Origin: Eledone cirrhosa
Lineage: Eukaryota
DNA: 64,000 bases
Assembly (NCBI GenBank): GCA_964016885.1
Contig: OZ024746.1
Location: 59,086,001-59,150,000 of the forward strand
Reading direction: 5' to 3'
Both the position numbers and the translations under genes were made by a program. This document shows positions 1 through 14,720 of the stretch, in pieces (positions within the stretch are counted from its first letter, which is position 1; every line of letters begins with the position of its first letter). Under the pieces are notes generated by a model. That model worked only from the letters and a program-made list of their open reading frames with translations, ran no database searches and was not told the DNA's origin.

Positions 1-236
1 CTCTCAACAACATCGTTAAAACATGTCTACCTCAACAACAACAACAACAACAACAACAGCAGCAGCAATAGCAGCACCAGCAGTAACTAAAGCAACTAAA
101 GCAACAACAGCAGCAGCAGCAACAACAGCAGCAACCACTCCTATAAAAATTTCGCCTCAAGTTGAGAGATTTCCATTTCAATAGTGTATGGCTCAGCTAT
201 ATTTGTTGTTTAGCGGTGGGTGTCGGATGTTGGTAG

Positions 237-750
237 ATTGGTGGCTCTGTGGTGTGGTGGCGTGGTTGTTGGCTGCGTGGCGTGGTGTGGTGGCGTGGTT
301 TTGGGCTGTGTGGTGGCGTGGTGTGGTGGCGTGGTTGTTGACTGCGTGGCGTGGTGTGGTGGCGTGGTTTTGGGCTGTGTGGTGGCGTGGTGTGGTGGCG
401 TGGTTGTTGGCTGTGTGGCGTGGTGTCGTGTGGTGCGTTGGTGTCCTGGTTGGGTGTGTCGTGTGGTGGTTGTTGGCTGTGTGGTGGCGTGGTTGTTGGC
501 TATGTGGTGGCGTAGTTGTTGGCTGTGTGGCGTGGTGTGGTGTGGTGTGGTGCGTTGGTGTCCTGGTTGGGTGTGTGGTGTGGTGGTTGTTGGATGAGTG
601 GCGTGGTGTGGCCTGGTTGTTGGCTGTGTGGCGTGGTGTGGTGTGGTATGTTGTGTTGGTGTCGTTTTGGGGTGTGTGGTGTCGTGGTGACGTGGTTGTT
701 GGATGGTTGGTGTCGTGGTGTCGTGTTTGTTGGATGTGTGTGCTGTGGTG
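237..750. repeat. Degenerate GT-rich (GTG/GTGGC) tandem repeat with ~51-bp higher-order unit
   Basis: Recurrent 'ggctgcgtggcgtggtgtggtggcgtggtt' units; the overlapping W/V/C-rich ORFs are repeat read-through. Confidence 0.85.
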
Positions 751-1695
751 ATCGTGTCTACGCTTATGTTGAGATGTGTTGCGGCGGTGATTATGGCTAC
801 TGTGTAGTGTGTATTTGTTGTGTGGTGTATAGTTAATGTTTGGTATAGGGTGTGGTTATTGTGTAGTGTATGACGTTGTGATCCAATATGTTATATAGTG
901 TAGTGGATATATATATACTCTGGTATTCATGTGTGTTATTGTGATTATTGTTGCAGTGTGGTGCAGAGTGTTCGTGCAGTGTGGTATGGTGTGGTGTGGT
1001 GTGGTTTATTTGTGCTATGCTGAAGATCACTAGAACGTTCTTCTACTTTTCTTCCTTACTGCAAATCTGCAAATAGCTTATTTGTTGATTTCTCTTCGAT
1101 TCTTCATTCAGTGCTTTATCGAAGGATTACAGAATCGAACATTTGATAGATTTTTTTTCTATTGCCATCGAACTTAAAAGCTTATCTTGGGGTGGAAAAA
1201 AAGGAGGGAAAAACATTATTGATCGAGAGTGTATGATTATAAACATATCAATTTTGTTTTTCTTCTTCTTATTAAGTAAGTCACTAACTATGTGATTATG
1301 TTGTGAGTATAAGAAAAATAACTTAAGTGCAGGAAAAAGCTTCTAATATTTGGTCAAGACTACTTTTGTGTTCGAAGAGTTTCCATTTTCTACATAGAGG
1401 AAGAGAATAAATTAGAGTGAAAGACTTTTTCTAGAAAATTGCTGCTTCCATTTGTTAGTTAATGTATTATTAATATTAAATAAAAGCTTGTTTTATAGTT
1501 TGGTGTACTAAACACAGTAAACATGCCCATAATGAAGATCTTATATATTGTTCATAGAACCAATATAATATTTATCAATAATGGTGAATGTTTACTTCAA
1601 AGGTTTGCCTCAATTACCGGTTTAACTAAACAGTCATAATAGTCCTGTAACTTTGGTCAAACATCGAAGTAAACAGTTACTATTAATAAATATTT

Positions 1696-2512
1696 GGATT
1701 GGCAGTATCGGTAGAGGGTCGGACGCCATGCTTTCCAGCATAGTTACGTCCCTTTACGCTCTGAGTTCAAATCCCGCCGAGGTTGACTTTGCCTTTCATC
1801 CTTATGGGGTCGATAAATTAAAGTACCAGTAATGCACTCGGTAATTGCTGGCCTTGTGCCTAAAGTAGAAACAATTATTAATAGTATGGTGAAGGGCGGT
1901 GGATTGGCAGTATCATTAAAGCGTCGAACAACATGCTTTGTGGTATAGAGTTGCGGCCCTTTACGTTCTGATTTCAAATCCCGCCGAAGTTAGCTTTGCC
2001 TTTCATCCTTACAGGGTCGATAATATAATGTACCAGAAACGAACTGGGGTCGATTTAATCGACTTTCCCATCCCCCAAAATGGTTGGCCTTGTGCCTATA
2101 TCAGAAACCATTAATAGTGTGGTGACGGCGGTGGATTGGTTGAATCGGTGGAACGTCGAACAACATGCCTTGTGTTACAATAACACGTCCCTTTGCGTTC
2201 TGAGTTAACTTTGCCTTTCATCCCTACGGTATTGATAAAATAAAGTACCAGTAATGCACTGGGGTTAATTTAATCGACAGTCCATTCCCCAAAAATTATT
2301 AGCCTTGTCAGAAAGCATTAAAACGGCGGTGGATTGGCAGTATCGGTAGAGAGTCGGACGCCATGCTTTCCAACATAGTTACGTCCCTTTGCGGTCTGAG
2401 TTCAAATCCCGCCGAGGTTAACTTTGCCTTCCATCCTTACGGGGTCGATAAAATAAAGTACCAGTAATGTACTGGGTAATTGCTGGCCTTGTGCCAAAAG
2501 TAGAAACAATTA
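1696..2512 (+). mobile_element. Tandem array of four tRNA-derived SINEs (family A)
   Basis: Four head-to-tail copies (~1696, 1893, 2127, 2326) with A-box-like 'ggattggcagtatcgg', B-box 'gagttcaaatcc', central 'gcctttcatccttacggggtcgataaa' and 3' 'ggccttgtgcc.aaagtagaaacaatta'. Confidence 0.9.
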
Positions 2513-3424
2513 AAATGTTTGAGGATTTTCAAAATTATTTAAAACTCATTGGCTCAGATTTTCCTTAGAAATATGGGTAACAAGAGGTTTAAAGTCATTA
2601 TATCTATGAAAACATTCTCTATCAATAAATTTTATGCAAGAGGATTTGTTAAGTTATGCTCCAAACACAAACTTAGTAATGAAAGATTTAGCTATATTCC
2701 TAAATCCCTCCACATTCTTGATTATTTTCCAAAGTATTTGAAAACCATTGTCTTTCATGAGAAATATAATAACGAATATGTTATTGTCACGACTATCTCG
2801 CCATTCCTTCTCAAATAGCTATATTATCTCTCCTGAAATATTTATCGAACACGATATTTTTATCATGTCTCGATTCCAATTTCAGAGTTTTAAACATTCA
2901 TTTATTTTTATTCATGTATATAATGTTTATTCATTTTATTCTATTTTTATTTTTATTTTTTTTTTTGTCGGGGGATTTCCGATAACTAAAATGTTGAGAT
3001 TTCCAGCCGGAATGATAAACACAGGAAGATATATTATTTTTAAAACTATTTAAAGTATCGAGGTACTCAAAGTCACGTATCACCACTGGACTGGAGAGTA
3101 CTATATATCTTCAATGTACAAAGACATATAACAGGTCTTACTTTTTTTAATAGTAACCACAAAAATGTTATTATGAATAAATTTATTTTTACTTTGATCT
3201 TACATATTGTTAAATGAAATTTCTATACTAAAATAACAATATTTTAAATACAAAAATGTGTCGGATAAACAAACGTTGATTTTAATTCTTTTGATACTAA
3301 CCCGCCTGAAGCCGCCTATAAATTTATAACCCAAAACCTCAAAATATTGTATTCATAATTAAATTCAAATTTTTCGACATAATTTTAGTAAGAATTTGTT
3401 AAGATATATTATTAACACTGTATT

Positions 3425-4075
3425 AACAACGGTTTCTAATTTAAGCACAGGATCAATAATTTATAGTAAGGGGATAATCGATTGAATTATCCTAATTACT
3501 TAACTGGCACTTTATTTTATCGAACTCAAAAGGATGAAATGCAAAGTCGAAATTAGTTGGATTTGACTAAGGACTTAAAGAGCTGGAACAAATACCGCAA
3601 AGTATTTTGTCGGGGTATCTAACAATTCTTAATAAAGAAAAGCTCAGTTATTTTAGTGAAGCCTTCGAAATTATTGCTTAATTTAAAAATTCATTATTAT
3701 ACATTGTTAATGTATTCCATTTAAATATGAAAATGAAATAGGTAAATAAACTATGCATGCATGATCCCGTACCTCCTGTAATGCCATACGGCGTTTTTAG
3801 GGCATTTTTTAGAAACCTAGAGAAGCCCATATCATCTCCAGGTTTGAATGTAGCAGAGTTCTTCCAGAAAAGGATAGAGAGTAAGAAAATGGAAACTGAA
3901 AAAAAGATATAGAGGAAGAATTAATCCTAGTACTTAACTGGTAATTCTTTATCAACCTTGAATGGACGAAATACAAAGTTGAACTTGGCGGGATTTGAAA
4001 TTAGAGAGCGCGGAGAGACGTAACAAATAACGCAAAGCATTCTATCCGACTTTCCATCTACTCAGTCAATTTGCA
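3425..4075 (-). mobile_element. Two decayed family-A SINE copies (~3425-3630 and ~3915-4075)
   Basis: Reverse-complement motifs 'tttattttatcga...ggatgaaa.gcaaagt' and 'ttggcgggatttgaa'. Confidence 0.65.
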
Positions 4076-4099
4076 ACCTTAAATAAACTATTGATAGTA

Positions 4100-4306
4100 A
4101 ACTTTCGTTAAATCGGACTGAGGAAGCAATGTTTCCATAGGTCTTTCCAATTGTTGATACTATCTAGCGGTCGAAAATCTAGCTGAAGGAGGAACGTGAA
4201 ATAGAGTGTCTTGCTCAAGGACATAATGCATCGCGTAGTCCGGGATTCGAACTTACAACCTCATGATCGCGAATCCAATTTTCTAACCACTCAGCCATGT
4301 GCCTTC
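4100..4306 (-). mobile_element. tRNA-derived SINE family B (CORE-like central segment)
   Basis: 'gtgtcttgctcaaggaca', B-box 'gattcgaac', same 3' body as 54066-54541. Confidence 0.8.
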
Positions 4307-5280
4307 AAATAAAATATAATATCTTAAAATAAGACGTCAAATCAGATAAACTATATCTTAACATAAAAGGTTGCTTCAATTAAACAGCGACATCTTAAAC
4401 AAAGACGTTGCTTTATACTTCATCAGCAACCGTCTCGACACCCCGCTTTCAACAATGAAATGTTGATCAAAGGCTAGACATTGAAGATTATATTTTTTAA
4501 ATAACTACAATATCTTAACATGTGATGTTGCTCGAAATTAACAAGTTTAATTTTAAGTGAAGTCTTAAGACATTGCTTCAAGATTTAAACATACGACGAT
4601 ATTTGAAATAAAAATTTCGATATTTAAAAAATCGAAACATCAAAGGAATTGCTCTCCGGACAGACTAATAATTAAACTAATATCTATTTATCCAATAGAC
4701 TGACCAAGTAACACGCGAGTTCACCTAATTAGGAACTATCTGTTAATGAGTAATCAATTCTATCAGCATATCAGAGAAAATATTATTTTCTGACTGTGGC
4801 ATAATTCCCCACATTTATGAGGGAGGGGTAACTGTCAATTAGATTGATTCATGTTTTGATTACTGATATAAATTTTATTAACCCTTTCGTTGCCATGGTT
4901 CTAGCGAAAGATACTGTCTATGATTTAAAAAAAGCAATTTTGAAATTTTTCGTCTGAGTTTAAATCCCGCCATGGTTAGCTTTGCCTTTCATCCTTAACG
5001 GCATTGGCGGACCGGGTCTAAAACATTGGTTGCCGGGAGATAACAAAGGGGCCCACCCACAACTATAATACAATTATCTAATTAATAAACATTTTCAAAA
5101 ACCCACTTTATTTTTGTGTATGCAATTGACCGTAAAGTTGTAAAGTAAAAATACAGATTATAGAATATATTAGGAATTTCTTACTTTCTCTACGAAAAAA
5201 AAATCTTGTGATATATACACATTCACAAAATAACAGTAATGGGGTTTGGTCTTTCACACTCAATATATATATATATATAA

Positions 5281-5395
5281 ATTTATCCTTTCTATATTTT
5301 ACACTCTGTATAGCTCTACACATCATCACAGAAGTGAACCTAAACATCGAGTGCTCACCCGGGTGAACCTGCAGTAACTCCTAGTTACACCCACT

Positions 5396-5398
<3 letters not shown>
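5281..5398 (+). mobile_element. Isolated 3' tail of a putative Penelope-like element between (TA)n tracts
   Basis: 'acactct...atcGAGTGCTC' motif shared with the tails of the hammerhead-bearing fold-backs. Confidence 0.4.
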
Positions 5399-5484
<86 letters not shown>

Positions 5485-5812
5485 ATATATATATATGATA
5501 ACGATGATGAGATGGCTGCAACTCGATTTCGATTAATGCCATCGCTTCGTACCTAAGCATGAGCATCACGGACGTGGCTTTTTACTCTACTTTATATAAA
5601 TATAAAACAATCTTGGTTATTAAAGAATGAAATGCGACTTCAAAATATTTGAACTTATATTCGATCACATCCACCCAGAACATTCTGTAGAGTGCGAGAA
5701 GATATACAAACGAGATACAACCGCTGACCCATCTAAAGGACCAGGGTTACCACGGAGTACTTATCTGTGGCAACCCGTCAAATCTTGGCTGCAAGGGAAA
5801 ATAGAACGTTAA

Positions 5813-5818
5813 ATGATA

Positions 5819-5853
<35 letters not shown>

Positions 5854-5874
5854 AAATAATGATAATGATAAATC

Positions 5875-5906
<32 letters not shown>

Positions 5907-6242
5907 AAATGATGATGATGATAAATCATGATGATGATGGTGAATAATCGTGATGATGATGATGATGATTATGATGATGAAGAAGATGCTGCTGCTGCTG
6001 CTGATGATGATGATGATAATGATAATTGATGATGATGTTAACGGTGATGATGATTATGATGAGGATGATGATGGTGATAGTGATGATAATGATCATGATG
6101 GTAATGATGATGATGATGATGATAATGATGATGACGACGAAGATGATTATGGTGATGATGATGATGATGATGATAATTGATGATGATGTTGACGGTGATG
6201 ATGATGATGATGATGATGATGATGACAATAATGATGATGATT

Positions 6243-6285
<43 letters not shown>

Positions 6286-6323
6286 GAATGATGATGATGA
6301 TGATGACGACGACGAAGATGATT

Positions 6324-6354
<31 letters not shown>

Positions 6355-6580
6355 CGATTATTATTATGATGATGATAAATCATAAATGATTATGATGATT
6401 TTGATGATGATAATGATGATGATGATGATGATGACGATTATTATTATGATGATGATAAATCATAAATGATTATGATGATTTTGATGATGATAATGATGGT
6501 GATGATGAGAATGTTGCCGATGATGATGATGATGATGATGAAGATAATTATGACGAGGGGGATGACGATGATGATGAAGA
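5813..6580. repeat. Long imperfect (GAT)n microsatellite
   Basis: Direct reading; gives poly-D/M/H/S ORFs. Confidence 0.95.
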
Positions 6581-6916
6581 GATGAGGTAGGTAGCAAGAA
6601 GTCATATGTTTCTATCAGGTCAGCCAATTCGCCCACACATACCAACTTATGAAAAATAAAATTATCTGAGAAAGAGAAGCTCTCTATGAATGATATTTAA
6701 ATCATAACATATAAAAATCTATTTTTGATATGGTTGTTATTTCAAATTCTATTTCATAATTTATGTCCCAAAGAATGTCAATATATTCAACACGTTATAT
6801 ATTGGTTTACCAATATATATATATTATAAAGAAAACGAAAAATCAGTGATGCATCTGGACTTAATTTATTGCGTGTTACAATATCTTAGTATATTTATTT
6901 GTACATAGGTTCGTAA

Positions 6917-6998
<82 letters not shown>

Positions 6999-7017
6999 GT
7001 ATGTATATATATATATG

Positions 7018-7535
7018 GTCAGGTGAGATGTCAGGTCACCAGATGTCAGGTGAGATGTCAGGCCATACTAGACTGCGTACGAGAGGTGTACGGGAGATAA
7101 CTGCGAAAGTCCGTAAAGTTTTAGGTTAAAAATAAAATTACAAAGAATCAGTCCGGAGCCCTGTAGTTATGCAATAGGTGTTTGGCGACGTGTGGACAAC
7201 GTGTGAAAAATTCACTTCTTTGCCTAAACACGAGAAGTGAATTTTTCACACGTTGTCCACACGTCGCCAAACACCTATTGCATAACTACAGAGCTCCGGA
7301 CTGATTCTTTGTAATTTTATTTTCAACCTAAAAACTTTTCGGACTTTCGCAGTTATCACCCTTACACCTCTCGCACGCAGTCTAGTATTGCCTGTGTGAA
7401 GTGACCGGGTTTTCTGCGCATGCGCGTTCGTACGGTTGTCCTTCCTGTTCCTATAACCATGCCCATTCCGAGCTGAAGATCCGCTAAGGTGAAACAATTG
7501 TTCTCGGTATGGTGAACTAACTGTTGTGTAACCAC

Positions 7536-7540
<5 letters not shown>
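7018..7540 (+). mobile_element. Fold-back element with hammerhead ribozyme, (TA)n-flanked; putative Penelope-like pLTR remnant
   Basis: ~160-bp inverted arms 7059-7219 / 7233-7394 with a 13-nt loop; the right arm continues into a hammerhead; (TA)n on both sides; 3' part homologous to 26292-26418. Confidence 0.75.
7463..7512 (+). ncRNA. Minimal type-I hammerhead ribozyme
   Basis: Stem I ccattccgag/ctcggtatgg; CTGAAGA; short stem II; GAAAC-AATT-GTT with palindromic stem III (aacaattgtt); GUU cleavage triplet. Confidence 0.8.
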
Positions 7541-7574
<34 letters not shown>

Positions 7575-8484
7575 TATATACATATGAGAGACAGAGAGAG
7601 AGAGAGAAATATTCGTATTATGTAGGCTAATTCACGTTTATGTACAGTGGATGTGTCTAACAAAAAAAGGAAGTTACAACTTATCAGCTAGTTGTGCTCG
7701 GCGTAGTTGATCGAGTTGTGTAGCTTAAATCTTCATGATACGAGATTCATTATTCAAATATGCTTCCACGGAAAATTCCATGGAGTAATATATTATAAAC
7801 TATATATTAGGAAAACTAGGCAACATTTGAAGTTCGAAGAAACATATATTATGCATCGGGTATTTAAAACGTGTTTTAATACAGTTAGGCAATCGCCAAA
7901 GAAAATGTGGTTTATTACTTAATCCATGATCTCGCACTCTGCATATCACCAGAAAGATTCGGGAGAAACTGAAGTTAAGTTGGTGAAGTCGAGCTTATGT
8001 AGTAAATTATGCTTGTAAACAGATATATCCTTGATGTATCTCTGGTGAAATATACTATATAAATTACATGGTTAACAAAGACACAAATTATACATCCATG
8101 CGTACAAGCAGTGAAGATGAAGTGGTAGTAAACAAACCTGAAAGTAGCCAATAGATTGTGTTAGGGGGCCATGTATATTTTGCGATAAGACAGCCACTGC
8201 TTGTTGTCAATTGTAGTTCACAAGGGGTGTGAAAGGTGATTGCCTAACTATATTGAAACACGTGTTACAGACCATATTGTATAATATATGTTTTTCTAAC
8301 TTTAACAAATCCAACCTAGCTACTGGCGGACAAGTAACTGACAATGAGCATAGACAGTTGCCCCTCGTTGCTTCTACTAGAATCCGCTAGACGGTGCTGG
8401 ACATTCAAAATGTTTATTTATTAAATATACAACCTGTATACATATATGTATGTGAATTTCGTATATCTAAAGATATACGAAATT

Positions 8485-9154
8485 CACATACATACATACA
8501 TACATACATACATACACACGTACACACATATACATACATACACACATTCATACATACATAGCTACATACATACATACATTCATACATACATATATACATA
8601 CGTACATACATACATATAAACAAACTTAGATACATGCGTACGTTCGTACATACATCCGTACGTACGTTCATACATACATCCGTATGTACGTTCGTACATA
8701 CATGCATACATACATTCATACATACATGCATATATACATACATACATACATACGTATACATACGTACGTTCGTACGAACGTCCGTACGCACGTACATACA
8801 TTCATACATACATGCATATATACATGCATACATACATACGTATACAAACGTACGTTCGTACGAACATCCGTACGCACATACATACATTCATGCATACATA
8901 AATTCATACATACATGCATATATATATACATACATACGTACGTTCGTACATACATATATATATATACATACATACGTACGTACGTTCGTACATACATATA
9001 TATATATACATACATACGTATGTACGTTCGTACATACATTCGTACATACATACATACATACATACATACATACATACATACATACATACATACGTACGTA
9101 CATACATACATACATACATACATACATACATACATACATACATACATACATACA

Positions 9155-9184
<30 letters not shown>
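8485..9184. repeat. Compound (TACA)n / TACG microsatellite
   Basis: Direct reading. Confidence 0.95.
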
Positions 9185-9185
<1 letters not shown>

Positions 9186-9392
9186 TAAAGAAAACACGCA
9201 TATATCATGAGATAGAGACAAACTAAAAAATAGTGAGAAAAATGTAATAATATAACCATCCTGAATCAATCTAGTTATAAAACGATATTAACGTTATAAA
9301 TAATATGAGTTATCTTTCTAGCTCACTAAATATATAATATATTTTGATACGAAATATAAAATCTAACCCACTGCTTTTTCCAATAACACACA

Positions 9393-9475
<83 letters not shown>

Positions 9476-9623
9476 CCTCTCTCTCACTCTCTCACCCTCT
9501 CTCTCTCACACACACAGATTATACAATTCAGATTTATACAATGCAGAGTAACAGATATATATATATGTATGCATATATGTATATATATATATATATGCGT
9601 GTGTGTGTGTGTGTATGTATGCA

Positions 9624-9707
<84 letters not shown>

Positions 9708-10132
9708 CACAAAACACACCGCCTCCTCCACTCGGGATAAAATAACCTAGCAATCACAAATATGGTTTAACTGGAAACAAAGAAAATACCATATATTCCT
9801 ACAAATGACCAAAATAGGCGAAATAAAATGATAAGACAATGTTCTAAGGAGCCCTAAGGAGGATTAAATACAAATGAACTGATTATATGGAGAGGTATTT
9901 TGTGGCTTTCGTATCTTAGAAGAGAAAGTGAGTACAATAAGATATATATACACACAGACACACAGAAGCACACACACACACACACACATATATATATGTG
10001 TGTGTGTATGTATGTATATATACATTCCTTTTCCAACAAGAGTGAAAGAGGGAGACTAAGATTTCGTATTATTTTATATTTGTATTTGTCTTAATATACT
10101 AACCTATATATATACACACACACACACACACA

Positions 10133-10184
<52 letters not shown>

Positions 10185-10287
10185 TATATATATATACATA
10201 TATATATATATACACGTTCAGCTGTTAAAACAAATAATCAATGATAAGTATGTTAAATGCCATAACTAGTAATATTTCTTATCTAAG

Positions 10288-10330
<43 letters not shown>

Positions 10331-10454
10331 TATATATATATAAATGTGTGTGTGGGGAGTGTATGTGTGTGTGTGTATGTGTGTATGTGTGTATATGAAA
10401 TGGTGTACTGAGTTGCCTTACACATTTATACAGACAAACCTGTAAACATATTTT

Positions 10455-11969
10455 TCTTTCACCGTTGATGCCAGACGGTGGAAAAGAAGATGGCGAACTT
10501 CACGATGGGTACAGTCGATAGCCGAATCCTTTCTACGCGCGTCAACAGGTTTTCGACCTAACTACACGAGTCACCAATATACGGGCATTAACAACGTGCA
10601 TAGAGAATAGTTTTTGGGTTCTACTACGCACATTTTAACAGGCCTATCTGACAGCTCTTTCACACATACAGAGTTTGTTTCGAACTGGTAATGGCCCCGA
10701 TACCATTACAATTCATCAAGAACTGACCAACCAGTTCGTTCTCATTGACACCAAGGACTTCCCTGTCACTAATCCTCAATCGATTGCTGTGGAACTAATC
10801 CTCAATAGATTACAATGCCCAACTGGTAGAGGGCTTTTGATAACATTCTGGATGCTTGGCACTATGTTTTTGTCTTTTCTTTTCCCAAGACTGCAGCCCC
10901 GTTAGGGAAATGAGCTTCGGAAAAGCACGTGAATCGAAAGGTGGCCACACACGCTTACTGTGCAAGAATCTCTGAAAATACCGAAGCCTCGGTGCATATT
11001 TTCGCATCAAGAGAAACGATATACAAGTTTCCCATACAGTGGATTTGGCATCCCATGAACCGTCTGACAAGTAGGATATGACCTTTCCACAAGGAGTGGA
11101 AGAGCAGATGCTCCAGTCTGGTTAGAAAATGACTGGAATAAGACATGACCGCTTGACGATAGATACCGACGGAGGCGTTGTAAGCATTCAACACCTCTGT
11201 CTGACATTTCTTAGGGAAAGCAATTATTCTGTTCATAACCTCACCTCAATTCTTGTCCACCTGGAGGTCTGAGCTGAACCAGATTCCGGGTAGTTTAACC
11301 AGTCCATTGGTCCAGCGCCCCATGAGACTGTCCACGTGCCGAGCCGCAAATCCACCAACTTGTACGAGTTGATCTTTAATCCTGACATCACCTCATATTT
11401 CTTTAGAACAGTGCCAAACATCTCCAATTCTGAGATGTTCTTCAAATATTCTAGCTTTCACAGCATGATTCGAGAGCCAGTTCCACGAGAATAGTTGAGA
11501 GAGGATATCCCTAACAGACCGAGCGCTCGATATGTAACGCTTCTTAGAGGTAACCGTTTACTTTGAATACCCACCAGGTATCAGTGCTAGGCATTTACGC
11601 GATCCAGCTCCTGACAACGGGACAGATACCGGCCGCTATAAGGACAGTTGCCAAGTTTGATAGCCGAACCTACCAAACGCTTTCAACTGATCCAAGTTAT
11701 TCAGAGCCCAACCGAAGCCAGGATTACATTCTGCCTTCTCTATGATGCATCACATGAGGAGCCATACCTCTCACAGATCTGGCAACTTTCCTCTTCTGTT
11801 GCCAGTTACAAGAGACGTCTGTCAAGATGTTGCCGAACAAGTCTGGATATACTCGTAAAATTCATAGAAAAGGCCATCCAAACCAAGCGATCTTCCTCTT
11901 ACACTGCTACCCATCACATCCAGCATCTCAGCTGACATTATCGCACTATCATAGTATATCACATCTCCC

Positions 11970-11970
<1 letters not shown>
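10455..11970 (-). pseudogene. Decayed Tx1/L1-like LINE ORF2 (reverse transcriptase) fragment
   Basis: Minus-strand peptides 'GRSLGLDGLFYEFY' (SPGxDGLxxEFY motif), 'LKKYEVMSGLKINSYK' and 'RLEHLLFHSLWKG', broken by stops and frameshifts; truncated by the (AGT)n tract. Confidence 0.75.
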
Positions 11971-12044
<74 letters not shown>

Positions 12045-12089
12045 GGTGGTGGTGGTGGTAGTAGCAGCAGCAGTAATAGTAGTAACAGA

Positions 12090-12177
<88 letters not shown>

Positions 12178-12186
12178 ATAGTAGCC

Positions 12187-12249
<63 letters not shown>

Positions 12250-12264
12250 ATAGTAGTAGTAGTA
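11971..12264. repeat. (AGT)n/(AGC)n/(GGT)n microsatellite
   Basis: Direct reading. Confidence 0.95.
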
Positions 12265-13289
12265 AGGGTTTCACTTATTTGCCACAAGAGCGCCAGATAA
12301 ATGGGATATTACAGAGACACATTGTATAAAGTATGGCGGCTTTACAAGGATCGAACACGAATATTAATTGAAAGAAGAATTTCTAGAAGGCTCTTTAAGA
12401 GCAGACGACCGTTATTTTTAGTTCTTTTTTGTTGTTGCGTTTTTTTCTTTGTTGTGTTTTTTTTTTCGTCTGCTTTCGTCGAGGAGAAAGAGGGGTGCTG
12501 AGCATAGTATAGTGTCTTCTTATGTCCGCCCGATATTGAACTCAACATTAGTAGTCCACTCGACAAACGTGTCGGAAGAAGTTGTTATTTTTGCAGCGTC
12601 ATTTCTGACAGCTGGACTTGTGACTAACAACAATGACCTCCATTGTTCAGACCAGTAATATTCCTCTTCAAACGCAGATGAACGCCAGGAATATTGATGA
12701 GTTTAGCAAAAACCGAAAATTTCTTTAGTACTTACTTTATTCGTTTAGGTAAATTCTATTTTTTTCTTTATATATATATATATATGTGTGTGTGTGTATG
12801 TATGTATGAATGTGTATATATATATATATATGTGTGTGTATGTGTATATATGTACATATATATATGTATGTATGTATATATATATAATATATATATATGT
12901 ATATATATATATACATGTATACATCTGTGTGTGCAGTCCTTTTTATTGATTGATTTCCTTCAACTTTTACTGATTCTTTCTTATATGTGTTCATTATTTT
13001 TTCTTTCTTTATTCCAAAAATAAGATATCGTATTTTCACGTATTCTTTCTCTCGCCTTTTCTCCAGTTTACTGTCCATATTCTGGCACAACAAACTATTG
13101 TGAAGTTATTTCAAGCTTCCCATCCTTCTTGTCTCATTTTATTTATTCGTTTATTTATTTACATCATATTTGCTTATTTTTCTGAGACTAGGTCAATCGA
13201 CTTTTCATGCATTTTAATATCATTGCTGTTCCTGAGTTCATCGCTAAGAAAAAATTTATAAGAAAACTGAACAAATTAAGTCCATGGAC

Positions 13290-14430
13290 AGATTAGGTCC
13301 TTGAAGCGTTGGCTTGCAGCTAGTCTAGTGCTGGAAACCAAAACAAATTACTTGAGGCTATAAATTCCAGAGTGGTAACTGGTGCGGGATAATTCATCTT
13401 ATGGGTGATTAGAGCTCTTCAACTTTGGTAGGCAACTAACTAGAGGAAGTGTCTGAAATTAAACACTCAGCTAAAGGTCTAGAGAACCTCGTTGTAGAAT
13501 AGCTATCGAAAGAACAATCATGGCATCTCTAAGCAGTAGCAGTGTTTCAGACCCTGTTTCTGTAGTTTATAATTTGAATCTTGTTTCCTTTAAAACTCAT
13601 GAATGGATTTCTCTAAACTCAGTTGAGTGGGAAACTCGTGATGGAAGAAATGACGAAATAACACACAGTTTCCCAAATTTGATGATGTGCAAAATCCAAA
13701 CCAAATATAGTACTTTCAACACAAGAATTTTATTAAAATCCTATAGGTAAGAACTTCTGCACTACACTCTGAAAAACAAATTAGATACTTTGAGCATAAA
13801 AGCACAAATATTTCCACCTTGACTGCTCGCAATTATAGCAATTTTGCTAAGTATCAACTGGTCACTGCATCTGCGACTAAAACCGTACAGGGCTCCACAA
13901 TAGGTAGCTGTTGAATCTTACTGCTGTATCTCCTACTGCATCACACAATCTCCTCTCTATTGTAAAAATATCTGATCGAATCATTATCGCTGAACTGAAT
14001 AGAATCCACGAACAACCTTCATTGCTTGCTACTGCCCAATAAATACTTTCATAATTGGCATAACCTTCATTCTTATTACTGCTAAAATTTACAAAAAAAT
14101 TTTATTGAACAGGATTTTGTCATCGATGGATAGATTGCTACCCAAAAATAGCAATGGTTTTCGAAGGGGTAGATCAACTATTGTGCAAATGATGTTACAT
14201 TAGAAGAACTCTTGAGGAAGACACACTCTGCTTTTTTTGATTTTTGTAAAGCTTTTGTTTCATTCTCAATAAACCTTATCTTTGAAATTTCTCCTCTGTA
14301 TGGCATTACAAATCAGACTGTTCAAGTCATAAGGTTTCTATATGTTGATACAACTTCTATTCGAGCCTCTGATAATGAAACCAAAGAATTTAACAAAAAT
14401 GTAGGTATACTACAAGGTGACTTATGGGGA
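13290..14430 (+). pseudogene. Decayed RTE-like LINE (5' region, APE remnant, RT remnant)
   Basis: Peptide remnants 'STFNTRIL' (APE start), 'GIT...AKIYKKILLNRI', 'NGFRRGRST', 'FFDFCKAF', 'GILQGD'; heavily deleted. Confidence 0.7.
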
Positions 14431-14720
14431 ATGTGATCTCCCAGATACACAACAGATGCAGCAGAGGTAGCGACTGACATACCACAACAACGAAAACGGC
14501 TACCGTACTTCTCTCATCAAACACGAAAGCAGGACCCCGTGAAAGAACAAGGCGAAATGAGAAGACGACAGCTGCCATCAGACAAGCCAGCCGTAAGGAG
14601 GGAATAAATATACGGCTGGCACACAGGGGAACCTCGCTAAGGAGACTGCCACTCAGACACCAACCAACATACAGCGAAATATTCATACTTCTTCATTGTC
14701 CCATCAACAAGGCAGATGTA

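Noticed and set aside
2549-3053. Two non-repetitive ORFs of 89 and 101 aa
   Set aside because: No recognisable domain; lengths are plausible by chance in AT-rich DNA
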